A stretch of 64,000 nucleotides of DNA from Bacteroidales bacterium (lineage in GTDB: Bacteria; Bacteroidota; Bacteroidia; Bacteroidales; UBA10428): NCBI GenBank assembly GCA_035913795.1, contig JAMIIA010000116.1:1095-65094 (forward strand). Direction: 5' to 3'. Positions 28,737 to 39,080 of this stretch are shown piece by piece. The position numbers were made by a program, and so were the translations under genes. The first letter of the stretch is position 1; each line of letters opens with the position of its first letter. Below the pieces are notes generated by a model. That model had not been told where the DNA came from, made no database searches, and saw only the letters and a program-made list of their open reading frames with translations.

Positions 28737-29081
28737 ATGCCAAGGTCAGTAAATGCAGTAGCCTCAAGAGCAAGAAGAAAGAAAATCTTAAGCCGCACAC
28801 GAGGTCAGTTTGGAAGAAGAAAAAATGTATGGACAGTTGCAAAAAACTCATGGGAGAAAGGTCAACAATATGCCTACAGAGACAGAAGAAGTAAAAAACG
28901 TCTTTTCCGTGGTTTATGGATTCAGCGTATCAATGCTGGCGTAAGACAATACGATATGTCTTACTCTGTTTTCATCGGAAAACTCAATAACGCCGGAATT
29001 GAGCTCAATCGCAAAGTGTTAGCCGATCTGGCAATGAATCATCCTGAAGCTTTCGAAGCTGTGGTGAAGGCAGTGAAATAA
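28737..29081 (+). CDS. rplT: 50S ribosomal protein L20
   Basis: 114-aa ORF '[18 protein letters not shown]...[22 protein letters not shown]'. Confidence 0.95.
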   Translation: MPRSVNAVASRARRKKILSRTRGQFGRRKNVWTVAKNSWEKGQQYAYRDRRSKKRLFRGLWIQRINAGVRQYDMSYSVFIGKLNNAGIELNRKVLADLAMNHPEAFEAVVKAVK

Positions 29082-29103
29082 CAAACCTGTTAATATATCA
29101 TAA

Positions 29104-29139
29104 AGGGAAGCAATTACTTGCTTCCCTTTTTTATTTTTA
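29104..29139 (+). terminator. Intrinsic terminator of the thrS-infC-rpmI-rplT operon
   Basis: Stem agggaagcaa/ttgcttccct with loop ttac, followed by a T-run. Confidence 0.8.
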
Positions 29140-29183
29140 CAAGAAATTAGTTCGAAACTATTGGCGAATAAAAAATACCACCT

Positions 29184-29906
29184 ATGAATATTGCCCTCAT
29201 TGGTTATGGCAAGATGGGAAAAACCATCGAAAGAATTGCACTGGAAAGAAAGCACAAAATTGTTTTAATTATCGATGAAAACAATGCTTCTGAATTAAAT
29301 ACAGAAAATCTTAAAAAGGCAGATGTAGCTATCGACTTTTCAACACCCTCCAGTGCCTTCCAAAATATACAAGCCTGTTTTGCCGCTGGGGTGCCCGTTG
29401 TTTGCGGCACCACCGGATGGCTCGAAAAGAAGCATGAGGTTATTGAGAAAGCAAATGCCGAAAAGAAAGCCTTTTTCTACGCCTCGAATTACAGTATTGG
29501 TGTGAATGTCTTTTTTCAGTTAAATAAGTACCTGGCTTCACTAATGAAAAAGGTGCAGGGCTATGAAGTCAGTATGGAAGAAATTCATCATATTCATAAA
29601 CTCGATGCTCCTAGTGGCACCGCGTTAACCCTTGCTGAAGACATAATCGGCCAAATCGAATACAAAGAACAATGGGTTTTAAATAAACCATCTTCCCATA
29701 AAACCATTGGAATAAAAGCCATACGCGAAGGGGAAGTTCCAGGCACTCATATTGTAAACTATCATTCAGAGGTAGACTATTTGCAAATTAAGCATGTTGC
29801 CAGCAGCAGGGAAGGGTTTGCTTTGGGAGCAGTGCTGGCGGCTGAATATATAAAAGGCAAAACCGGTTATCATACCATGGATAATCTTCTTCGTTTAGGT
29901 TCCTGA
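29184..29906 (+). CDS. dapB: 4-hydroxy-tetrahydrodipicolinate reductase
   Basis: 240-aa ORF with 'MNIALIGYGKMGK' and 'EIHHIHKLDAPSGTA'. Confidence 0.9.
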   Translation: MNIALIGYGKMGKTIERIALERKHKIVLIIDENNASELNTENLKKADVAIDFSTPSSAFQNIQACFAAGVPVVCGTTGWLEKKHEVIEKANAEKKAFFYASNYSIGVNVFFQLNKYLASLMKKVQGYEVSMEEIHHIHKLDAPSGTALTLAEDIIGQIEYKEQWVLNKPSSHKTIGIKAIREGEVPGTHIVNYHSEVDYLQIKHVASSREGFALGAVLAAEYIKGKTGYHTMDNLLRLGS

Positions 29907-29935
29907 TTCCCTGCTAATTCTAATTTAAAATCCGA

Positions 29936-31291
29936 ATGCCCTGGTTGCTCAACCCACAGAAAAAAACGTTTACACTAAAAGCAATTCTCAAACTGCTTAT
30001 TAGCGCTGCTATTTTTTCCCTCTGGGTTCTTTGGGTTGGTGAGCTTTGGTTATTCGCCGGAATAATCGTTCTCATAGACATTCATCTCACGCACTTTGTA
30101 CGCTGGCAATTTTGGCGAAAAAAGCGAGAAAACGGACATTATAAATTTTGGGGCGAGGCGATTGATGTTATTTTGCTGGCTCTAATTGTAACTCTTTTTC
30201 TAAAACTGTTTTTCATCGAAGTATATTCCATTCCAACTTCTTCGATGGAAAAAACTCTGCTGGTGGGCGATTATATTTTAGTGAACAAACTTAGTTACGG
30301 ACCACGAATGCCTATAACCCCAATCGCCTTGCCAGGTATTCTTAGTAGAATTTTTTCGAAAGAAAACCGCGGTATTTATTCCAATAAAGTACAACTCCCC
30401 TATAAGCGCCTAAAGGGATTTTCGAAAATACAACGTGCTGATATCATTGTATTTAATTATCCTATCGCGGATTCTGTGTTAGGTATAAAACCGAAATATG
30501 GTATTTTCTCAGCCAAAGGAAGCTTTAGAGAGAAAACAAATGAAACTGCAGCGGTAACAAAATCCATTCCCATAGATAAACGCCAAAATTATATCAAACG
30601 AGTCATTGCACTTCCGGCAGACACTTTGCGGATACATCATGGATACGCGTTTGTGAACCAGGTGCGCGAAAAAAAACATCAGGGTTACCAGTTTAATTAC
30701 CTGGCAAAACCGCCAAGGGAGGCAAATGTTGGAGCCATCTTTAATAGTCTGAAAATCTCGAGGTACGATATCAGTCTGAACGAGTACAATGGAGTCTATG
30801 AGTTTCCACTGACTCAAGAGATGTATCAAACCCTGCTCGATTCGGCTTATTTTAAAGCCATTACAAGGCGCGAAACAATTAATCCCGGAGAATCGGCAAA
30901 ACATATTTTCCCCTCACAAAATAACTTTCGCTGGACCGAAGATAATTTTGGCCCCCTTTTCGTGCCATACAAAGGGATGACTGTTTACTTAAATGCAGAA
31001 AATCTGGCACTGTATCGAAGGATTATAGAGGTATATGAGAAAAATACCATTCAGGTAAAAAATAATTTAATATACCTGAATGGCCATGTAAAACAAACCT
31101 ATACCTTTAGGCTCAATTATTATTTTGTAATGGGCGACAATCGCCACAATTCGAACGATTCGAGATTCTGGGGGTTTGTACCTGAAGACCATATTATTGG
31201 CAAAGCGGCAATGATTTGGTTGTCTGTTGACCAAGAAAAAACATTCCCTAAAAATATTCAACCCGATAGATTGATGCAATGGATTGAATAG
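29936..31291 (+). CDS. lepB: Signal peptidase I (paralogue 1)
   Basis: 451-aa ORF with catalytic Ser '[10 protein letters not shown]', Lys box '[13 protein letters not shown]' and '[25 protein letters not shown]'. Confidence 0.85.
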   Translation: MPWLLNPQKKTFTLKAILKLLISAAIFSLWVLWVGELWLFAGIIVLIDIHLTHFVRWQFWRKKRENGHYKFWGEAIDVILLALIVTLFLKLFFIEVYSIPTSSMEKTLLVGDYILVNKLSYGPRMPITPIALPGILSRIFSKENRGIYSNKVQLPYKRLKGFSKIQRADIIVFNYPIADSVLGIKPKYGIFSAKGSFREKTNETAAVTKSIPIDKRQNYIKRVIALPADTLRIHHGYAFVNQVREKKHQGYQFNYLAKPPREANVGAIFNSLKISRYDISLNEYNGVYEFPLTQEMYQTLLDSAYFKAITRRETINPGESAKHIFPSQNNFRWTEDNFGPLFVPYKGMTVYLNAENLALYRRIIEVYEKNTIQVKNNLIYLNGHVKQTYTFRLNYYFVMGDNRHNSNDSRFWGFVPEDHIIGKAAMIWLSVDQEKTFPKNIQPDRLMQWIE

Positions 31292-31372
31292 CACACCGGG
31301 AAAGCATTATTTTTTAAATTCACACTACTTTATAATCCAGAATAAACATATAATTAAAACACTCAAGATAGA

Positions 31373-32776
31373 ATGAAAGATTTTTTAAGCCAATTCGATC
31401 GAAAAACAAAAATCAGAGGTGGTTTTGCTCTCCTGGTATATTTACTATGGGTAATATGGTTGGGCAACTACTTTTTCCTTTTGGGACTTGCCATTGTTTT
31501 TGATATGTACTTCACCAAAAAGGTGAATTGGAGTCCCTGGAAAAAACGTGAAGGTAAAAATCCGGCTATTGTAGAATGGTTCGATGCGCTCATTTTTGCC
31601 GTAATTGCCGTTACGATTATAAACATTTTTCTATTTCAGAATTACAAAATCCCTACCGGGTCCATGGAAAAATCGCTACAAATTGGTGATCATCTCTATG
31701 TGAGCAAAGTAGCCTATGGGCCGAGAATACCTAATACACCCATTGCTTTACCTTTTATGCAACATACCATTCCTGGCACCCAGAAAAAATCATACATCGA
31801 TTGGCCCTCATGGGACTATAAACGACTAAAAGGATTTTCGAAGGTAAAACGCTTCGATCCGGTAGTTTTCAATTTCCCTGCCGGCGATACAGTGTGCATC
31901 GAGCAACAGAATGTAAGTTACTATTCGATAGTGCGCGACCGGATGTATGAATTGAAAACAAGAGACACTGAAAACAACCAGACAATCAAAACAGATCAGC
32001 AATATTATGCCCAGGCTCGCAGCGAAGTTTGGAAACACTTTACCATTGTGGTAAGGCCAGTTGACAAAAAAGATAACTACATAAAAAGGTGTGTGGCAAT
32101 TGCAGGCGACACCTTGCAGATTATCGACGGGGTTGTTTATATAAACGGCGAAAAGGAACCTACCATCGAAGGCAGACAATTTGCCTATAACATTTATACC
32201 AATGGCAAGCCGCTTAACAAACGTACGCTCAACAAATTGGGGGTATATTCAGAGGATCTGAGCCGACAAAATAACGAGGTGTATTATCATGTGCCTCTTA
32301 CCGATTTTATGAAGTCTGAAGTAGAAACCTACCGCAATGTAGTGGCTATTGAACGATTTAATGCGAAAGATTTCTATCCGAATTACAACATCTTTCCGCA
32401 GAACCCAATGTATAACTGGAACCTCGACAACTTTGGTCCGCTATACATTCCGGCCAAAGGAGTCACCGTGGAGCTTAACCTGAAGACCCTTCCCTTATAC
32501 GATTGGATTATTAGACAATACGAAAAGAATGATCTAATTGTAAGCGACAACACCATTTTCATTAATGGCCAACCTGCTACCAGCTATACTTTTAAAATGG
32601 ACTATTACTGGATGATGGGCGATAACCGCAACAACAGTCTCGATTCGCGCTATTGGGGATTCGTTCCTGAAGACCACATCATTGGCCGTCCACGTTTTAT
32701 TTGGTTATCTGTCCACAAGGATAAAAATTTCCCTGCCAATATCCAGCTTAAACGAATGTTTAAACCCATTCATTAA
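31373..32776 (+). CDS. lepB: Signal peptidase I (paralogue 2)
   Basis: 467-aa ORF with '[10 protein letters not shown]', '[13 protein letters not shown]' and '[25 protein letters not shown]'. Confidence 0.85.
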   Translation: MKDFLSQFDRKTKIRGGFALLVYLLWVIWLGNYFFLLGLAIVFDMYFTKKVNWSPWKKREGKNPAIVEWFDALIFAVIAVTIINIFLFQNYKIPTGSMEKSLQIGDHLYVSKVAYGPRIPNTPIALPFMQHTIPGTQKKSYIDWPSWDYKRLKGFSKVKRFDPVVFNFPAGDTVCIEQQNVSYYSIVRDRMYELKTRDTENNQTIKTDQQYYAQARSEVWKHFTIVVRPVDKKDNYIKRCVAIAGDTLQIIDGVVYINGEKEPTIEGRQFAYNIYTNGKPLNKRTLNKLGVYSEDLSRQNNEVYYHVPLTDFMKSEVETYRNVVAIERFNAKDFYPNYNIFPQNPMYNWNLDNFGPLYIPAKGVTVELNLKTLPLYDWIIRQYEKNDLIVSDNTIFINGQPATSYTFKMDYYWMMGDNRNNSLDSRYWGFVPEDHIIGRPRFIWLSVHKDKNFPANIQLKRMFKPIH

Positions 32777-32819
32777 CCAGATAAGTTATGCCGTTTTCAG
32801 ACCAAGAATAAAGAATATT

Positions 32820-32849
32820 GCCCGGGTTTTTCTCCCGGGTTTTTCTTTT
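32820..32849 (+). terminator. Candidate intrinsic terminator after lepB paralogue 2
   Basis: Stem cccggg/cccggg with a 7-nt loop, followed by tttttctttt. Confidence 0.5.
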
Positions 32850-33022
32850 GTAAACCCCTTACTATAAAAAATATCTATTATTAATGATTTTAGTAAAGTA
32901 AAAGGTAAATAGTATTATAACAAAAAAACGAGGCACTAAACAAATAATAACTTTTATCAGCATCACTATAAACGAAATATTCTTTCTTTCGGGCGCTTTT
33001 AGCCAATTCCAAAACACACCAG

Positions 33023-33850
33023 ATGCACCAGATTATACACAAAGAATACCTTTCTGAAAAGGTTGTGAAATTCGAAATTTCAGCGCCACAAATAGCAAAA
33101 AAACGCAGGGCTGGCCATTTTGTAATTATAAAAATAGGCCAAAAAGGCGAAAGGATTCCGTTAACCATTTCGTCGGCGAATATAGATACTGGCACTATCA
33201 CTCTGATAGTTCAAAAAGTAGGTGTTACCAGCTATAAATTGGCCAACCTCGAAAAAGACGATTACATTACCGATATTGTCGGTCCTCTGGGCCAACCTAC
33301 CCACATAGAGAATTTTGGAACTGTGTTATGCGCAGGTGGCGGTGTAGGTGTAGCTCCTTTATTGCCAATTGTAGAAGATTTGAAGAAAAAAGGCAACAGG
33401 GTTATTACGGTGCTCGCTGCCCGATCGAAAGACCTTGTGATTCTCGAAAAAGAAATACGTGCCTCATCCGACCAGGTAATTATAATGACCGATGATGGCA
33501 GTTATGGCAAAAAGGGGCTGGTTACTCAGGGTATGGAAGAAATAATATTGAACGAAAAAATTGATCTTGCCATCACCATTGGTCCTGCCGTTATGATGAA
33601 ATACACAAGCCTTCTAACAAAAAAATACTCCATCCCAACTCTGGCAAGTTTAAACAGTATTATGGTCGATGGTACCGGAATGTGCGGTGCCTGCAGGGTA
33701 AGAGTAGATAGCAAAACAAAATTCGTATGTGTCGATGGTCCTGAGTTTGATGCGCACCAGATCGATTTCGACGAGCTTCTTATGCGCCTGGGCGGATACC
33801 AACAAGATGAGTTGAAGGCCTTAGATTCTTATTCTAAAATGAATAATTAA
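33023..33850 (+). CDS. Sulfide/dihydroorotate dehydrogenase-like FAD/NAD-binding protein (NfnA-like small subunit)
   Basis: 275-aa ORF with 'AGHFVIIK', 'CAGGGVGVAPL' and the C-terminal 2Fe-2S motif 'GTGMCGACRV'. Confidence 0.8.
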   Translation: MHQIIHKEYLSEKVVKFEISAPQIAKKRRAGHFVIIKIGQKGERIPLTISSANIDTGTITLIVQKVGVTSYKLANLEKDDYITDIVGPLGQPTHIENFGTVLCAGGGVGVAPLLPIVEDLKKKGNRVITVLAARSKDLVILEKEIRASSDQVIIMTDDGSYGKKGLVTQGMEEIILNEKIDLAITIGPAVMMKYTSLLTKKYSIPTLASLNSIMVDGTGMCGACRVRVDSKTKFVCVDGPEFDAHQIDFDELLMRLGGYQQDELKALDSYSKMNN

Positions 33851-33854
33851 AAGT

Positions 33855-35333
33855 ATGACAGGGACCCCAAATTCGAATTCTGGCCGTAATGAGCCATGGA
33901 GAGTTGAATTACGCGAAAGAATAAAAGCAAAAGAACGCAGTGCAATCGAAAGGGTAAAAATGCCCGAAACAGAAGCACGCACTCGCATAAAAAGCAATGT
34001 TGAAGTGAATAGCGGCATTTCGCGTCAACAGGCTCAACAAGAAGCCAAACGTTGCCTCGATTGCACAACTCCAACCTGTATCGATGGTTGTCCTGTAGGT
34101 ATTGACATACCTGGTTTTATCAAACACATCGAAGCCGGTAACATGGAAGAGGCTGTTCGCACCATGAAAAGAACCAATACTTTTCCGGCCGTGTGCGGCC
34201 GTGTTTGTCCACAGGAAGTGCAATGCGAAGCAAAATGCACCTATATTAAAATAAAGAAACCTGCCGTAGCAATAGGTTACCTCGAACGCTATATTGCCGA
34301 TTTCGAAATAGAAAGTTGCAGCACCTTTGTACCTCGGTTAAAACCGGCCAACCACATTAAAGTTGCTGTCGTGGGGTCCGGACCAGCCGGAATGGCTGCT
34401 GCTAGCGACCTGGCAAAAGGCGGATTCGATGTAACCGTATTCGAAGCCCTGCACGATTTCGGTGGTGTGCTTCGGTATGGCATACCAGAATTCAGATTAC
34501 CCAATTATATTATCGACAGAGAAGTAAATCTGCTGAAGCAAATGGGGGTGAAATTTTTAAAGAATTTCATCGTAGGAAAGACAGCTTCATTCGAAGATCT
34601 AAAAGAGGAAGGGTATCGTGGATTTTTTGTGGGCAGCGGAGCCGGATTACCGAATTTTATGAACATCCCAGGAGAAAACTACAACGGGATACTCTCTGCC
34701 AACGAATACCTTACCCGTGTAAACTTAATGGGAGCCAGCCAGCCTGGATTCGATACTCCTGTTTTAAAAGGCACACATGTAGCAGTCATTGGGGGTGGAA
34801 ATACCGCAATGGATTCTGTGCGCACGGCACTTAGGATGGGCGCTAAAAGGGCTATGATTGTTTACCGCCGTTCCCTCGATGAAATGCCTGCCCGTAAAGA
34901 GGAAATTACCCATGCCATCGAAGAAGGAATTGAAATACATACACTTACCAACCCTATTGAGTATCTGGCCGATTCGAAGGGACGTGTTAACAGAATGGTC
35001 GTTCAAAAAATGGAACTGGGCGAACCCGACAGCTCCGGACGCAGAAAACCTATTGCAATAGCCGGATCGGAATACAGCATTGATGTTGACCTGGTTATTG
35101 TAAGCGTAGGAGTATCGCCAAACCCAATTATTGCGCAAAGCACACCCGAATTAAAAGTTTCGAAATGGGGAACCATAGAGGTAGACACCACCACAATGAA
35201 TTCGAACTTACCCGGAATTTTTGCAGGAGGTGATATTGTGCGAGGAGGAGCCACGGTTATTCTTGCCATGGGCGATGGAAGAAAAGCAGCAGCCGCCATG
35301 GGCAGTTACATAAAAAGTCTGATACAGGCCTAG
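33855..35333 (+). CDS. NADPH-dependent glutamate synthase small-subunit-like oxidoreductase (NfnB/GltD-like)
   Basis: 492-aa ORF with Fe-S motifs 'CLDCTTPTCIDGCP' and 'CGRVCPQEVQCEAKC', plus dinucleotide folds 'VAVVGSGPAGMAAA' and 'VAVIGGGNTAMD'. Confidence 0.85.
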   Translation: MTGTPNSNSGRNEPWRVELRERIKAKERSAIERVKMPETEARTRIKSNVEVNSGISRQQAQQEAKRCLDCTTPTCIDGCPVGIDIPGFIKHIEAGNMEEAVRTMKRTNTFPAVCGRVCPQEVQCEAKCTYIKIKKPAVAIGYLERYIADFEIESCSTFVPRLKPANHIKVAVVGSGPAGMAAASDLAKGGFDVTVFEALHDFGGVLRYGIPEFRLPNYIIDREVNLLKQMGVKFLKNFIVGKTASFEDLKEEGYRGFFVGSGAGLPNFMNIPGENYNGILSANEYLTRVNLMGASQPGFDTPVLKGTHVAVIGGGNTAMDSVRTALRMGAKRAMIVYRRSLDEMPARKEEITHAIEEGIEIHTLTNPIEYLADSKGRVNRMVVQKMELGEPDSSGRRKPIAIAGSEYSIDVDLVIVSVGVSPNPIIAQSTPELKVSKWGTIEVDTTTMNSNLPGIFAGGDIVRGGATVILAMGDGRKAAAAMGSYIKSLIQA

Positions 35334-35622
35334 CCAAAAAACTGTCGAAAAATTGCACAAACATGCTGATTTCCTCCAAACGCAGAAATAATTTTGGTGA
35401 GGAATCCAATTAGTCTTTGTGAAAGGAAATTCGTTTTCTTCCGCGAATAATTGTTATTCTCTCTGAGTGGAGAACCAAATTTCTTCAAAATCAATGCAGT
35501 TTTACTATTTTAGTCAGCGAATTCTTTTTGCGGTATCTTTTAATACAAAGAAATATTATTCCTCGTTTTTGCTTCTGCATTAAATGTTCGGCCGAAAAAG
35601 GAAGTAATACAGTTTAAGAAAA

Positions 35623-36834
35623 ATGAAAATACTCTATTACCATTGTTTTGCTGGTATAAGTGGCGATATGAACCTGGCTGCCATGGTAGACCTAGGCGTA
35701 CCCATCGATTACCTAAAAAAAGAACTGCAGAAATTGCCAGTAAAAGACTATACCATTTTGGCTTCGCACGACGAACGGATGGGAATAAGCGGAACAAAAA
35801 TAGAGGTGAACCTGAAGAAAACGAAACCCTCACTCCTGCATCAATCCAATCATCAACACAACGAACACAGGAGCTATGCCGATATAAAGAAACTAATTCT
35901 TCACTCAGCCCTCGACGAAAAGGTGAAGACCACCAGCCTGCAAATTTTTGATAAAATAGCTGTTGCGGAAGCTAAAATACACAACAAACCAGTCGACACC
36001 ATTCATTTTCATGAGGTAGGTGCTACAGACTCAATTGTCGATGTAGTTGGAGCTGCCATTTGTTACCATTTCATTGCCCCCGATAAAGTGCTATGCTCCA
36101 CCATTGAGTTGGGAGGTGGAATGGTGAATTGTGCTCATGGAATCTTCCCGGTACCAGCGCCTGCCACCGCAGAAATACTGGCTGAGAAACCAGTTCGACT
36201 GGGTACTGTAGATGTTGAAACAACTACACCTACAGGAGCCGCTATTCTTGCAAGCTTGGTGGATGAATATACCGACAAGCTCGAATTTCGGCTGTCGAAA
36301 ACTGCCTATGGTATTGGTCACCGGAAAATGAAAATACCCAATGTGCTTAGAGTGCATCTTGCAGAAGGTGTCGAAAATGACGACCTTCAGCTGGCTTCGG
36401 CAACAATCATTGAAACCAACATCGATGACATGCCTGCCGAGCATTTTGAATACCTGATTGACTTATTAATGGCAGCCGGTGCACAAGATGTTTATTTAAC
36501 CCCGGTGATTATGAAAAAATCGCGGCCAGCAACAAAAATTAGTGTGCTCTGTGCCGAAAGCGAACAAGAAGAATTGGGTCGTATACTCCTTACCGAAAGC
36601 AGTTCTCTGGGTATACGTAGTTACAAGGTGAAAAAAAGTATGCTTCGTCGTCAGGTAGTGCAGGTAAATACCATTTACGGTATCATCGATGTAAAACTCG
36701 GATGGTTAGGAAACAAGCTTTTAAAAACCAAACCTGAGTTCGACCAGTGCCGGAAAGCTGCCCAGCAATACAATATTTCGCTTAGTGCTGTTCTCAGCGA
36801 GGTTCAGAAAAAAATACAGAATATTGAATTATGA
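35623..36834 (+). CDS. larC: Nickel-pincer cofactor biosynthesis protein LarC (nickel insertion)
   Basis: 403-aa ORF with 'MKILYYHCFAGISGDMNLAAMVDLGV' and 'HFHEVGATDSIVDVVG'. Confidence 0.85.
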   Translation: MKILYYHCFAGISGDMNLAAMVDLGVPIDYLKKELQKLPVKDYTILASHDERMGISGTKIEVNLKKTKPSLLHQSNHQHNEHRSYADIKKLILHSALDEKVKTTSLQIFDKIAVAEAKIHNKPVDTIHFHEVGATDSIVDVVGAAICYHFIAPDKVLCSTIELGGGMVNCAHGIFPVPAPATAEILAEKPVRLGTVDVETTTPTGAAILASLVDEYTDKLEFRLSKTAYGIGHRKMKIPNVLRVHLAEGVENDDLQLASATIIETNIDDMPAEHFEYLIDLLMAAGAQDVYLTPVIMKKSRPATKISVLCAESEQEELGRILLTESSSLGIRSYKVKKSMLRRQVVQVNTIYGIIDVKLGWLGNKLLKTKPEFDQCRKAAQQYNISLSAVLSEVQKKIQNIEL

Positions 36835-37577
36835 AAGAAGCCTCAATAAATAAAATTCTCGAAGCAGTAAGTCGTGGTGAGTTGGATGTGGCCAATGCCA
36901 TGGCACAACTAAAAGATTTTGGTTATAAAGACCTTGGTTTCGCAAAAATCGATAACCATCGGCCATTGCGAACTGGTTACCCTGAGGTAATATTCTGTGA
37001 AGGTAAAACACCGGCTCAGGTTGCAGAAATCTTCCGCTATATGAACGAAGGTGACCAGAACATCCTAGGAACAAGGGCCAGCAAGGAAGTTTTTGATGCA
37101 GTAAAAGAACAATGCCCCCAGACCGAATACCACCCACTGGCACGCACCATTGCAATTAAAAAAGATAACACCATCACAACCAAAACTCATATTGCCCTGA
37201 TCGCAGCTGGCACCAGTGATTTGCCAGTAGCCGAAGAAGCTGCCGTAACAGCAGAGATATTCGGAAACACCCTTAAACGTTATTACGATGTGGGTGTTGC
37301 CGGCATCCACCGGTTTTATCACAACATCGACGAAATAAGGGAAGCAAAGGTAATTATTGTGGTAGCTGGCATGGAAGGTGCCCTGCCAAGTATTGTTGGC
37401 GGAGCCGTGGATAAACCAGTAATAGCCGTTCCCACATCAGTGGGTTATGGTGCAGCCTTTCATGGTTTGGCAGCTCTGCTTGGAATGCTTACTTCCTGTG
37501 CCAGCGGAGTTTCGGTAGTAAACATCGACAATGGCTTTGGCGCAGGTTACCTTGCCAGCATGATTAACAAGCTTTAA
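36831..37577 (+). CDS. larB: Nickel-pincer cofactor biosynthesis protein LarB (AIR-carboxylase-like)
   Basis: 248-aa ORF with 'GYPEVIFCEGKT', 'IAAGTSDLPVAEEA' and 'VVAGMEGALPSIVGG'. ATGA overlap with larC. Confidence 0.85.
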   Translation: MKEASINKILEAVSRGELDVANAMAQLKDFGYKDLGFAKIDNHRPLRTGYPEVIFCEGKTPAQVAEIFRYMNEGDQNILGTRASKEVFDAVKEQCPQTEYHPLARTIAIKKDNTITTKTHIALIAAGTSDLPVAEEAAVTAEIFGNTLKRYYDVGVAGIHRFYHNIDEIREAKVIIVVAGMEGALPSIVGGAVDKPVIAVPTSVGYGAAFHGLAALLGMLTSCASGVSVVNIDNGFGAGYLASMINKL

Positions 37578-37605
37578 TAGCACTGTAAATTTTCGATGCT
37601 ACCCT

Positions 37606-38259
37606 ATGCAATTAGCTGAGGAAACTGCCTATCTTTCGACGGCCTACTTGCCCAATGTGCAATACATATCGAAATTGCTTCAGCATTCTGGTCCGGTGAT
37701 AGATATACATGAAACCTATCAGAAACAGTCTTTCCGAAACAGATGCCAGATTCTTGGGGCTAATGGCATACTCGAATTGAGCATTCCGGTAGTAAAACCC
37801 TTTGGCAATCGCTCTGCTACCAAGGATATTCTGATTGAATACGAAACAAACTGGATGCAAGTGCATTGGAAGGCTATCCTCTCGTGTTATAACCACTCGC
37901 CCTTTTTCGAAATTTTCGCGCAGGAACTGGCACACCTCTATGAAACGAAAGAGAAATACCTGATTGATTTTAATCAGAAAGTATTGCTACAATTGATGTC
38001 TTCCTTAGACTTTAATTTGTCGTTAAATTTTTCCGATGAATTCCCTGGTAATAACACAGGCAGATTTGACTTCAGGAACTCCATACATCCGAAAGAAAAC
38101 AAACAAAAACCCGACCCGCAATTTAAACCTACTCCCTATTACCAGGTATTTAGTGCAAAATTCGGTTTTGTTCCGAACCTGAGTTTTCTCGACCTTATGC
38201 TCAATGAGGGACCACAGACTATTGCTATCTGCAAAAACTCTTACCTGCAAACCGAATAA
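37606..38259 (+). CDS. WbqC-family protein (function unknown)
   Basis: 217-aa ORF with 'LSTAYLPNVQYISKL...YQKQSFRNRCQILGANGILELSIPV...HWKAILSCYNHSPFFE', which matches my memory of Bacteroidota WbqC-like proteins. Confidence 0.6.
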   Translation: MQLAEETAYLSTAYLPNVQYISKLLQHSGPVIDIHETYQKQSFRNRCQILGANGILELSIPVVKPFGNRSATKDILIEYETNWMQVHWKAILSCYNHSPFFEIFAQELAHLYETKEKYLIDFNQKVLLQLMSSLDFNLSLNFSDEFPGNNTGRFDFRNSIHPKENKQKPDPQFKPTPYYQVFSAKFGFVPNLSFLDLMLNEGPQTIAICKNSYLQTE

Positions 38260-38512
38260 GCTCTTTTTTCAGAAAAATTTGGCAATTATCCCGAACCCAA
38301 ACAAATATTCGATGCATTGTGGCATCCTTCACGCCATTTCCGTTCGTCAATAAAAAAATAAGCTTTACCCATAGAAAATCCGATTCGTTATGGCAGGATT
38401 GTTGCTTATCACCAGATAAAGGCTGCCCATGTAAAATCAATTGAAGCTGGGAATCAGAATCACTAACTTTAGTTGAATTTGCAATGAGCAAATAGCCACA
38501 AAACCAAAAGTT

Positions 38513-38875
38513 ATGAAACATCTTCAAATACATACCAGACTGGATAGGCAAGAAGCCCAATCCATTGAAGTATCGATCAACGGATTAAGCAGTCTAACCA
38601 TACAAAATACCGAAAGTTTTGTACCTATGTTGTTAAGCCTGGTGGCAAAACCCAATACAAATCTATCTCTGAGTGTGCGAAATATCCGGTTTATCGACAG
38701 CAAAGGTTTCGATTGCTTAAACCTGCTATCAAGTGTCGCTGAGAGATCGAACTCGAACTTTAACCTGATTGATGTAGAGCCTAACCTGATGGAATTAATT
38801 AACATGGTGAAACAATACAGCATCTGGCATTTAAAACATGTATATCCGATAGAGCCTAAACCCAACGTAGCATAG
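38513..38875 (+). CDS. STAS-domain protein (anti-sigma-factor-antagonist-like), orphan
   Basis: 120-aa ORF with 'LSVRNIRFIDSKGFDCLNLL...LIDVEPNLMELINM', resembling the SpoIIAA/STAS core. Confidence 0.5.
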   Translation: MKHLQIHTRLDRQEAQSIEVSINGLSSLTIQNTESFVPMLLSLVAKPNTNLSLSVRNIRFIDSKGFDCLNLLSSVAERSNSNFNLIDVEPNLMELINMVKQYSIWHLKHVYPIEPKPNVA

Positions 38876-39012
38876 ACATTACAATAATCTGAGTGCTTAG
38901 TAATTCAGTTTTCTTGTCCCAAACCATTTCTTTCAACATTAGCTGTTGCCAAAATTAATTGCACACTATCGTCCTGATTAAGTATCTCCCCTGCAAATTT
39001 TTATGCCTTCAC

Positions 39013-39041
39013 TTTGCAAATGAAGAAAATAGTTAATTTCG
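39013..39041 (+). promoter_or_regulatory. Candidate Bacteroidota sigma-A promoter (TTTG ... TAnnTTTG-like)
   Basis: TTTG at 39013-39016 and TAATTTCG at 39034-39041 (one mismatch to TAnnTTTG), with a 17-nt spacer, about 40 nt upstream of the CoA-transferase ATG. Confidence 0.3.
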
Positions 39042-39080
39042 CAGCCATTAAATCCAGAGTATTAATAAATCAATTATAGC

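Noticed and set aside
38225-38560. 111-aa minus-strand ORF spanning the WbqC-STAS intergenic region
   Set aside because: It overlaps both flanking plus-strand genes and has no motif. The region is treated as intergenic. I looked for riboswitch-like conserved cores there and at 35334-35622 and found none I could name.
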